DNA of 27,785 bases from Candidatus Aminicenantes bacterium (lineage in GTDB: Bacteria > Acidobacteriota > Aminicenantia > Aminicenantales > Saccharicenantaceae), in contig DSDX01000161.1 in assembly GCA_011048485.1 (NCBI GenBank), positions 1 to 27,785 of the forward strand. Reading direction: 5' to 3'. The notes under the pieces were generated by a model. That model searched no databases, was not told the origin of the DNA, and saw only the letters and a list, made by a program, of their open reading frames with translations. Position 1 is the first letter of the stretch, and each line of letters starts with the position of its first letter. The position numbers and the translations under genes are program-made. Positions 1-7,485 of the stretch are shown piece by piece.

Positions 1-14
1 CTCCTACGTATTTA

Positions 15-31
15 TTACTGAGATTCAGTAA
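15..31. promoter_or_regulatory. Perfect inverted repeat TTACTGA-gat-TCAGTAA, candidate PadR operator
   Basis: 7-3-7 palindrome in an AT-rich patch ending 24 nt before the PadR ATG. PadR-family dimers typically bind palindromes at their own promoters. Confidence 0.6.
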
Positions 32-55
32 AACAATGCCAGAGAAGACCGGGCG

Positions 56-391
56 ATGAAGGACTTGACGAAGATCGAGGAAATCCTCCTTGTGGCCATT
101 TGGCATCTCAAGGAGAACGCCTACGGCGTCAAGATCCGCCAGTACGTCTCGGCCCTCATCGGGAGGGACCTCACCTACGGCCACCTCTACAGCGCCCTCA
201 ACCAGCTGGCGGCCAAGGAGTACGTCGAAAAATCCGAGGGAAAGCCCGTGGCCCAGCGGCTTGGCCGGCCCCGGATCTATTATTCGATCACTCCGGAGGG
301 ATTCGAGGCCCTGAAGGCCGCAGCGTCCACCAACGAGAAGATCTGGTCGGGGATCTCCAAGTACGCCCTGGAGCGGGATAGGATGTCGTGA
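56..391 (+). CDS. PadR-family transcriptional regulator
   Basis: 111 aa winged helix: EEILLVAIW..AYGVKIRQ..GHLYSALNQL..GRPRIYYSITPEG. Its stop overlaps the next gene's GTG (GTGA). Confidence 0.92.
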   Translation: MKDLTKIEEILLVAIWHLKENAYGVKIRQYVSALIGRDLTYGHLYSALNQLAAKEYVEKSEGKPVAQRLGRPRIYYSITPEGFEALKAAASTNEKIWSGISKYALERDRMS

Positions 392-2997
392 GGAAACCGC
401 CCCCGAGAATCCCCGGTTGGCTGATCAAGATTTCCGCCTGGTACGAAGACGGCTACGTTGTCTACGGTGACGCCTGCGAGGAGTTCTACGAGCTCGCAGA
501 AGTCATCGGAAGGCGCCGGGCGGGGCGGTGGTTCTGGCGGCAGGGCCTTCGGGCCTTCCCCACTTTTGTCAAAGACAATCTTGTCTGGAGGATGATCATG
601 CTGAGGAATTACCTCAAGGTCGCGTTCCGCAACATCAGGAAACAGAAGGGCTACGCCTTCATCAACATCTCGGGCCTGGCCATCGGGATGGCGGCCTGCC
701 TCCTCATCCTGCTCTGGGTGTACGACGAGATGAGTTACGACACCTATCACGAGAACGCGGATCGCATCTATCGCCTGACGATCGACGCCAACCTAGGGGC
801 CCAGATGTCGGTGCCCGTCGCCCCCACCCCCGCCGGGCCGGCCATGGTCCAGGAGTATCCGGAAGTCCTTCAAGCCGTGCGTCTCAGCCGTCCCGACAGG
901 TCTCCCGTCGTAGTCGGCGACCGGGAGTACTTCGAGGAGAATGTGGCTTACGCGGACAACTCCATCTTCGATATCTTCAGCTTTCCCCTCGTCGAGGGGG
1001 GGCCGGGGACGGCCCTCAAGGCGGCCTATTCGGTGGTCATCACCGAGGACGTCGCCAGGAAATACTTCGGGAATGACCAGGCCCTCGGGAAGACGATACA
1101 AATCGGCGGCAGGGATTACGCCGTCATGGGGGTCGCCAAGAACATCCCGGGGAACTCCCATTTCAAGTTCAACATCCTCCTCTCCATGGAGACGCGCTAC
1201 GCCGAAAGCCGTCCTGTCATGGAGAACTGGATGGCCATCTCCAATTACGCTTATGTTCTGCTGGCCGAAAACGCCGACCCGGCGGCCCTCGAGGCGAAGC
1301 TTCCCGCTCTGATCGAGAAAAACCTGGGACCCGTTCTCAAGGGCTTGGGAGGGAGCATCACCCTCCACCTGCAGCCCTTGAAACGGATCCATCTCCATTC
1401 GGATTTCCGGGGGGACATCGCGCCCCAGGGGGACATCCTGTACGTCTATCTCTTCTCGGCAATCGCCCTGTTCATCCTGATCATCGCCGGGATCAACTTC
1501 GTCAATCTCTCAACGGCCCGTTGGACGGCGAGGGCGAAAGAGGTCGGCGTGAGGAAAACCCTGGGAGCGCTGAGAAAAAAGCTCGTCGGGCAGTTCCTCG
1601 GGGAATCGGTCGTCTACAGCCTCCTCGCGCTCATCCTGGCGGTCGGCCTTATACTGCTCGCCAGGCCCTGGTTCAGCGCCGTCGCCGGGCGAGACATCGG
1701 CCTCAACGTTCTTCAGATCCCCTGGCTTGTTCCCGCATTTCTCGGCCTTGCCCTTCTCGTAGGGGTCGCCGCGGGCGCGTATCCGGCCTTGTTCCTGTCC
1801 TCCTTCCGCCCCGTCCGCGTCCTCAGGGGCGGGACGAGGATAGGGTCGAAGAACATCCTCTTCCGGCGCGTCCTCGTCGTCGCCCAGTTCGTCATCTCGG
1901 TCGTCCTGATCATCGGGACGATAGTCGTCTACAAGCAGCTGGCCTTCATGAAGACCAAGAACCTCGGCTTCGAGAAGGAGCCGGTTGTCGTCCTGCCGGG
2001 GCTTGCCGACGTCATGCCGAAATCCTATGAGACGCTGAGGAGCGAATTCCGGAAAGTCCCCGGGGTCCTCAACGTCGGGGCTGGCTCGCTTGTCCCGGGC
2101 CGGGGCATCACGAAATCCGTCTTCCAACCCGAGGGATTCCAGCGGGACCAGTCCCAGCCTATGGACTACCGCAATATCGACTCCGGCTATCTCCCGACCC
2201 TGGGCATCACGATCGCGGCCGGGAGGAACTTCTCGGAGGAGCTGGCCACGGACCGGACCCAATCCGTCCTCATCAACGAAACCGCGGCTGAAAAGTACGG
2301 CTGGAAGGATCCAATCGGGAAACAGTTCATCATCGCCCCGGACCAGAACAGCACGGGAGAGGAGACACGGCTGAATGTCGTCGGGGTGTTCAAGGATTTC
2401 CACAGCACGTCGCTCCGGGAAAAGATCGATCCGATGATCCTGTTTTACAACCCGACGCAGTGCGCCTCGCTCGTGGTCCGGATCGCCCCGGCCGAAATGC
2501 AGAAGACGTTGGGGCTCCTCAAGGACAAGTGGAAGGAACGCCTGCCCCAAAAGCCGTTCGAGTTCTTTTTCCTTGACGAATCCTTCGACAGCCAGTACAG
2601 GGCCGAGGAGCGGATCGGGAACCTAGCCCTGAGGTTCAGCCTGCTCGCGATCCTGGTCAGCTGCCTCGGCCTTTTCGGCATCGCCTCCTACACGACCGAG
2701 CAGAGGACCAAGGAGATCGGGATCCGCAAGATCCTGGGGGCCTCGGGCGGGATCATTGTCCGGATGCTTTCGAAGGAATATCTGCTGCTCGTGGCCATCG
2801 GCAACCTCCTCGCCTGGCCGGTCGCCTACATGATGATGCGATCCTGGCTCCAGAATTTCGCCTACCGGACTTCGCTCGCCTATTGGATATTCCTGGCCGC
2901 GGCCGTTCTCTCCATCGCGGTCTCGCTGTCTACGGTGACCTATCAAAGCGTCCGTGCTGCCCGGACCAATCCGGTCAAATCCTTGCGATACGAGTGA
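388..2997 (+). CDS. Duplicated MacB/FtsX-type ABC transporter permease with an N-terminal PadR-associated permease prefix domain (ADOP-like)
   Basis: 869 aa. Prefix GDACEEFYE..RRRAGRWFWRQ, then MLRNYLKVAFRNI..FINISGLAIG. Two FtsX units (INFVNLSTAR..RAKEVGVRKTLGA and EQRTKEIGIRKILGAS) and a C-terminal NPVKSLRYE. No ATPase gene in the window. Confidence 0.93.
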   Translation: MRKPPPRIPGWLIKISAWYEDGYVVYGDACEEFYELAEVIGRRRAGRWFWRQGLRAFPTFVKDNLVWRMIMLRNYLKVAFRNIRKQKGYAFINISGLAIGMAACLLILLWVYDEMSYDTYHENADRIYRLTIDANLGAQMSVPVAPTPAGPAMVQEYPEVLQAVRLSRPDRSPVVVGDREYFEENVAYADNSIFDIFSFPLVEGGPGTALKAAYSVVITEDVARKYFGNDQALGKTIQIGGRDYAVMGVAKNIPGNSHFKFNILLSMETRYAESRPVMENWMAISNYAYVLLAENADPAALEAKLPALIEKNLGPVLKGLGGSITLHLQPLKRIHLHSDFRGDIAPQGDILYVYLFSAIALFILIIAGINFVNLSTARWTARAKEVGVRKTLGALRKKLVGQFLGESVVYSLLALILAVGLILLARPWFSAVAGRDIGLNVLQIPWLVPAFLGLALLVGVAAGAYPALFLSSFRPVRVLRGGTRIGSKNILFRRVLVVAQFVISVVLIIGTIVVYKQLAFMKTKNLGFEKEPVVVLPGLADVMPKSYETLRSEFRKVPGVLNVGAGSLVPGRGITKSVFQPEGFQRDQSQPMDYRNIDSGYLPTLGITIAAGRNFSEELATDRTQSVLINETAAEKYGWKDPIGKQFIIAPDQNSTGEETRLNVVGVFKDFHSTSLREKIDPMILFYNPTQCASLVVRIAPAEMQKTLGLLKDKWKERLPQKPFEFFFLDESFDSQYRAEERIGNLALRFSLLAILVSCLGLFGIASYTTEQRTKEIGIRKILGASGGIIVRMLSKEYLLLVAIGNLLAWPVAYMMMRSWLQNFAYRTSLAYWIFLAAAVLSIAVSLSTVTYQSVRAARTNPVKSLRYE

Positions 2998-3031
2998 TCA
3001 TGGATTATCGCCAGCGTCGGTAGTACATTAT

Positions 3032-3096
3032 GGGGCGTATTGAGCCGCGGCCTGTCACGCCGGAGGTCGCGAGTTCGAGTCTCGTCGGCCCCGCCA
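3032..3096 (+). tRNA. tRNA-Asp(GTC) with a degenerate 5' half (pseudo-tRNA or att-site remnant)
   Basis: Anticodon loop CTGTCAC (3052-3058; GTC at 3054-3056), variable loop AGGTC, T arm GCGAG-TTCGAGT-CTCGT and acceptor 3' strand CGGCCCC-G-CCA (3086-3096) are intact. The 5' side GGGGCGTATTGAGCC pairs only 5 of 7 acceptor bases and has no D arm; the element is about 65 nt. Confidence 0.8.
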
Positions 3097-3381
3097 CCAT
3101 ATTCCCTCGTTATCCGCTTGAGCGCCTTTAACCCTCTGTCGGCGATCTCGGGCAAGCTTTTACCCATTGGCCGGCAAAGAAAACATGTATCAATTCTGGA
3201 CATTTGCGGCGCCGACGCGTGGGCACACCCCGCCTCGCGCGAAGCGTGAGGTCGCTGATCCTAAAAATTACCCTCTTTCGGGTATGTCCCCTATATTATT
3301 GAATATATATAATTTAAAGATAAGCAGAGACCCGGCCTGGCTTCCACCGGAGAGAGGTCGAGCGGGGCCGCATTAGGAACA

Positions 3382-3410
3382 TTGACAGAGGTCCTGGGGT
3401 CGATTACCAT
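3382..3410 (+). promoter_or_regulatory. sigma70-type promoter TTGACA-N17-TACCAT
   Basis: Exact -35 (3382-3387), 17 nt spacer, -10 TACCAT (3405-3410). GAGGAGGAG Shine-Dalgarno lies before the ATG at 3460. Confidence 0.7.
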
Positions 3411-3459
3411 GTCTTTGAGGAATGGGGTTCGAAGAAGTATTTCTCGAGGAGGAGACGCC

Positions 3460-4626
3460 ATGAAACGGATTCTTTCCCGGACCAAGTTCGTTACATTGCT
3501 GGCCGTCCTGCTCGTTGGCGCCTTCGGCTGCGGGGTCGGAGGCGACACCGGCCAGCTCTCGCTGAGCCTGACCGACAAGCCGTCGGACGACTACGACGCC
3601 GTCTACGTGACCATCGCCCGGATCGACGTCCACAAGGCCGAGGACATGGACGGCGAATGGATGACCGTGGCCACGCCGGGCCGGACCTACAACCTCCTGG
3701 CCCTGGCCGGCGGCGTCAGGGAGCAGCTGGGCTTGGTCAGCCTCGAGGCCGGCCATTATTCGCAGCTGCGCCTCCTCATCGGCGACGCGCACGACGGCGG
3801 CCTCAACATCCTGGGTCACGCCCATCCGGCCGCGAACTACGTCGTCGACGCGGACGGGTTCGAGCACGAGATGAAGGTCCCCAGCGGCACCCAGACCGGC
3901 GTCAAGCTCGTCCAAGGCTTCGACATCAACGAGAACAGCACCACCGAGCTGACCTTCGATTTCGACGCCGCCCGATCGGTCGTCCGGGCCGGCAACAGCG
4001 GCAAGTACCTGCTGAAGCCGACCGTCCAGGTGATCGACACGTCGGTGGCCGCGATCATCGGCGGGACCGTCACGACCTTGGACGAAGAGACCCCGGTCGG
4101 CGTGGGCGGGGCCCTCGTCAATATCCAGGTCTATGACGCGGGCCAGGCGGACGCCAAGGACCAGGTCGCCGTCAGGACCTCGACCTTCACCGACGACACG
4201 GACCTCCACAGGGGCGACTACAAGCTCTTCTTCGCTGTCGACCCGGCCGGCGAGACCTTCAACATCGTCGCCCGCAAGGAGGGCCTCATGCCCGAAGCGG
4301 CCCGGCTCCTCGTCGAGAACGGCACGGCCTACACGCAGGACTTCGAGCTCGAGGAGATCACCGAGTCCGGTACGGTCAACGTCGCCATCACGGGCGCGAC
4401 CGCCGATATCCCCGTGACGCTGTCCTTCCGTCAGACCGTGACCTTGGGCGCGGACGAGGTCGTGATCGAGGTCCTCTCTCTCGGCGTTGTCAACGGCGAT
4501 CCCGACCCGATCACCCTGCCGGCCGGCGAGTACACGCTCGTGGCCTGGACCGAGGGCAAAACGACCTTCCAGGCTCCGGTCAGCGTGACCAGCGGCGGGA
4601 CGACAAGCGCCCCGGTGACGTTCTAA
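3460..4626 (+). CDS. DUF4382-domain lipoprotein with C-terminal beta-sandwich domains
   Basis: 388 aa. Start set at the SD-supported ATG 3460. Signal peptide with lipobox LVGAFGC; GQLSLSLTDKPSDDYDAVYVTIARIDVH, GHYSQLRL, KVPSGTQTGVKL and FDFDAARSVVRAGNSGKYLLKP are typical of DUF4382. Confidence 0.8.
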   Translation: MKRILSRTKFVTLLAVLLVGAFGCGVGGDTGQLSLSLTDKPSDDYDAVYVTIARIDVHKAEDMDGEWMTVATPGRTYNLLALAGGVREQLGLVSLEAGHYSQLRLLIGDAHDGGLNILGHAHPAANYVVDADGFEHEMKVPSGTQTGVKLVQGFDINENSTTELTFDFDAARSVVRAGNSGKYLLKPTVQVIDTSVAAIIGGTVTTLDEETPVGVGGALVNIQVYDAGQADAKDQVAVRTSTFTDDTDLHRGDYKLFFAVDPAGETFNIVARKEGLMPEAARLLVENGTAYTQDFELEEITESGTVNVAITGATADIPVTLSFRQTVTLGADEVVIEVLSLGVVNGDPDPITLPAGEYTLVAWTEGKTTFQAPVSVTSGGTTSAPVTF

Positions 4627-4743
4627 GAAAGAACGAACCGAGCCGACGGGCGACCCAAGGCCGGGCCTCCTCCCCCGTCCTCGGGCCCGCCTTGAAAAAG
4701 GGCTTGGCCCCGCGCGAAATTCACTTGGGCCGACGCCGGTCTC

Positions 4744-4752
4744 TGTTATAAT
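4744..4752 (+). promoter_or_regulatory. Extended -10 promoter TGtTATAAT
   Basis: Perfect TGnTATAAT. TTGGGC at 4725-4730 is a possible -35 (16 nt spacer). Confidence 0.7.
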
Positions 4753-4845
4753 AGGGGGGTCTCGCCGGAACATCGCGGGACAGGAGAGGGATTATGCGCT
4801 TCGAATGCCGCCTGGCTCCGAGGACGAGCTGATCCGGGGCCGTCG

Positions 4846-6660
4846 ATGAGACTGGGCGCAGCGCGTCTGACCGGGAAGGGCTACTACTACGCCTTCCTGG
4901 CCGGGGCCAAGAAGATCCTGGAGAATCAGAAGGAGCTGAACAGGATCAACGTTTTCCCCGTCCCCGACGCCGACACGGGCTCCAACCTGGCCTCGACCGT
5001 CCGGGCCATCATCGAGCGGGTCCGGCCGCACCGGTCCTACAAGGTCACGTCAACGGCCATCGCCGCCGCGGCCCTCGAGGGCGCCCGGGGCAACTCGGGC
5101 GTCATCTTTGCCCAGTTCCTCTACGGCCTAGGCGCGGAATCGCGCGGCTCGCACGAGCTCTCCCTATCCCATTTCGGCGAGTCCGTCCGCGGCGCGGTCC
5201 GCTACATGTACGAGGCCATCGCCGAGCCGAAAGAGGGGACGATGATCACGGTCATCCGCCGGTGGGCGGAGTCCTTGTCTTCCCCGAACGAGGAGTCCGA
5301 GAGCTTCCTCAAGGCGCTGACCCGGGCCCACGCCCGGGCCGTCGAGGCCCTCCAGGAGACCCGCTTCAAGCTCGAGGCGATGCGCCGGGCGGGCGTCGTC
5401 GACGCCGGCTCCAAGGGCATGGTCCTCTTCCTCGAAGGCATGCTCGAATTCCTGCGCAAGCCGTCCCATAAGAAGATCCTGTCGGCCGCCAAGGAGGCGA
5501 TCGAGATCGAGGAGACCGCCGAGGTCCCGACCGGCGAGGTCGGGCTCCGCTACTGCACGGAGGGATTGATCAAGCCCAGGCCGGACGGCCCCGGCGCCGC
5601 CCTCGACCGGGAGGGGCTCAAGCGCGCGATCGAGGGCTTCGGCGACTCGCTCGTCGTGGCCGGATCCAGCGAGTCCCTCCGCTTCCACATCCACACCGAC
5701 AAGCCCGAGGAGCTGTTCTTCAAGCTCCGCAACGAGGGCCGCATCGTCTTCCAGAAGGCCGACGACATGCTCCGGCAGCACCAGGCCGCTCACGACAGGA
5801 AGTGGCCCATCGCCGTCGTGACCGACTCCGCCTGCGACCTGCCCGCCGAGGTCCTCGACCGCTACCAGGTCCATGTCGTCCCCCTGGGCCTGAATTTCGG
5901 CGACAGCCCCTACCTCGATAAGCTGACCATCACGCCGGACCAGTTCTACCGGATGCTCGACGAACAGCCGGAGTTCCCCAAGACGGCCCAGCCCGGCCCG
6001 CGGGTCTTCGAGAGCCTGTACACGAATCTGGCCGCCCACTACGACTCCATCATCGCCGTCCAGCTCGCATCGAAGCTGAGCGGCACCTATTCGACCAGCC
6101 TCGCGGCGGCGCGCCGGGTGTCCGAACGGACGGGCAAGAGGATCTCGGTCGTCGATTCGCGGACGCTCTCCGGCGCCCTGGGGCTCCTTGTCCACCGCGT
6201 CGTCCGGCTCGTCGAGGCGGGCCGGTCGCACGACGAGGTCGTGGCCGAAGCGGAGAGGCTCGTGCCGAAGGCCAAGATCCTGGTGGGCGTCCGGACCCTC
6301 AAGTACATGGTCCGCGGCGGGAGGGTCAGCCCGATGGCCGGGGCGGCCGCCAGGCTCCTGAACCTCAAGCCGGTCGTTTCCCTGAAAGAGACGGGGGAAT
6401 CGAAGATCTTCGACAAAGCCTTCAGCCAGAGAGGGATCCTGACGAAGATCCTGCGGCACCTGGCCCGCGACGCCCGGACGGCCGGAATCCGCGACTACTG
6501 CGTTCTCCATGCCCACAACCCCGGGGACGCCCACGCCTACGCCGGGGAGGTGGAGGCCGTGATCGGGGCCAAGCCGGCCTTCACGATGGACATCTCCCCC
6601 GCGATCGGCCTGAATGCCGGGGTGGGGGCGGTCGCAATCTCGTTCCTTCTCGAGGGATGA
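4846..6660 (+). CDS. DAK2 (FakA-like)-DegV (FakB-like) fusion protein, putative single-chain fatty acid kinase
   Basis: 604 aa. FakA motifs NRINVFPVPDADTGSNL, GARGNSGVI and VDAGSKG; middle domain YCTE..GDSLVV..HIHTD; then DegV motifs IAVVTDSACDLP, PKTAQP, LSGTY, GGRVS and NAGVGAVAI. Confidence 0.88.
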   Translation: MRLGAARLTGKGYYYAFLAGAKKILENQKELNRINVFPVPDADTGSNLASTVRAIIERVRPHRSYKVTSTAIAAAALEGARGNSGVIFAQFLYGLGAESRGSHELSLSHFGESVRGAVRYMYEAIAEPKEGTMITVIRRWAESLSSPNEESESFLKALTRAHARAVEALQETRFKLEAMRRAGVVDAGSKGMVLFLEGMLEFLRKPSHKKILSAAKEAIEIEETAEVPTGEVGLRYCTEGLIKPRPDGPGAALDREGLKRAIEGFGDSLVVAGSSESLRFHIHTDKPEELFFKLRNEGRIVFQKADDMLRQHQAAHDRKWPIAVVTDSACDLPAEVLDRYQVHVVPLGLNFGDSPYLDKLTITPDQFYRMLDEQPEFPKTAQPGPRVFESLYTNLAAHYDSIIAVQLASKLSGTYSTSLAAARRVSERTGKRISVVDSRTLSGALGLLVHRVVRLVEAGRSHDEVVAEAERLVPKAKILVGVRTLKYMVRGGRVSPMAGAAARLLNLKPVVSLKETGESKIFDKAFSQRGILTKILRHLARDARTAGIRDYCVLHAHNPGDAHAYAGEVEAVIGAKPAFTMDISPAIGLNAGVGAVAISFLLEG

Positions 6661-6699
6661 CGGGAAGGGCGGCGCGCACCTGACTGACAGGGGGACACC

Positions 6700-7485
6700 A
6701 TGCCCAGCCTGATCCCGGCCGCCGCGCTCACCATCCTCGTCTATATGATCCTCGTCTACCTCCTGGCCCAGGTCCTGCGCAACAACGGGATCGTCGATAT
6801 TGCCTGGGGCCTCGGGTTCATCGTCGTGACGGCCGTGCTCTTCGCCCGCGAGCCGGGCCTCTATCCGGCCAAGGCGCTGGCGATCCTCTTCGTCCTGGTG
6901 TGGGGGCTGCGGCTGGCGATCCATATCTTCAAGAGGAACCGGGGCAAGCCCGAGGACTTCCGCTACGCCGCCATGAGAAAGCGGTGGGGGAAGGCCGCTC
7001 CCCTCAAGGCCTTCGTCTTCGTCTTCATGCTGCAGGGCCTGTTCATGCTCGTCGTGTCCCTGCCGATCACGGTCCTTATCGGCGCCCCGGCCCGGCCGCT
7101 CGGGGCCTTCGACGTCGCCGGGGCGCTGCTTTTCGCCGCCGGGTTCCTTTTCGAAGTCGTCGGGGACCGCCAGCTGGCCGCGCACGTCCGCGATCCCGCC
7201 AACAAGGGCCGGCTCATGACCCGGGGCCTCTGGGCCGCGACCCGCCACCCGAACTATATCGGTGAGGCGGCCCTGTGGTGGGGGATGGGGCTCCTGGCGC
7301 TGGGGTCGCCGCGCGGCTGGATCGCCCTCCTCGGCCCGCTGACCATCACGTTCCTGCTTCTTTTCGTCTCCGGCGTGCCGCTCCTGGAGAAGAAGTACGC
7401 GGGACGCTCTGACTGGGAGGCCTACAAGGCCCGGACGCCGAAGTTCTTTCCCTGGTTCCCGAAGAAGGCAACGGACGGCTCTTGA
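6700..7485 (+). CDS. DUF1295 family membrane protein (steroid 5-alpha-reductase superfamily)
   Basis: 261 aa hydrophobic protein. NNGIVDIAWG, WGLRLAIHIFKRN..EDFRY, GLWAATRHPNYIGE..WWG and SGVPLLEKKY motifs. Confidence 0.9.
   Translation: MPSLIPAAALTILVYMILVYLLAQVLRNNGIVDIAWGLGFIVVTAVLFAREPGLYPAKALAILFVLVWGLRLAIHIFKRNRGKPEDFRYAAMRKRWGKAAPLKAFVFVFMLQGLFMLVVSLPITVLIGAPARPLGAFDVAGALLFAAGFLFEVVGDRQLAAHVRDPANKGRLMTRGLWAATRHPNYIGEAALWWGMGLLALGSPRGWIALLGPLTITFLLLFVSGVPLLEKKYAGRSDWEAYKARTPKFFPWFPKKATDGS

Noticed and set aside
3020-3096. Intact functional tRNA-Asp
   Set aside because: A 77-nt gene would start near 3020 (GTAGTAC), which cannot pair with CGGCCCC, and no D arm can be built.
3040-3578. 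Small ORFs at 3040-3249, 3167-3376 and 3291-3578
   Set aside because: No SD, atypical codon usage, and they overlap the tRNA remnant or the promoter. Treated as non-coding.
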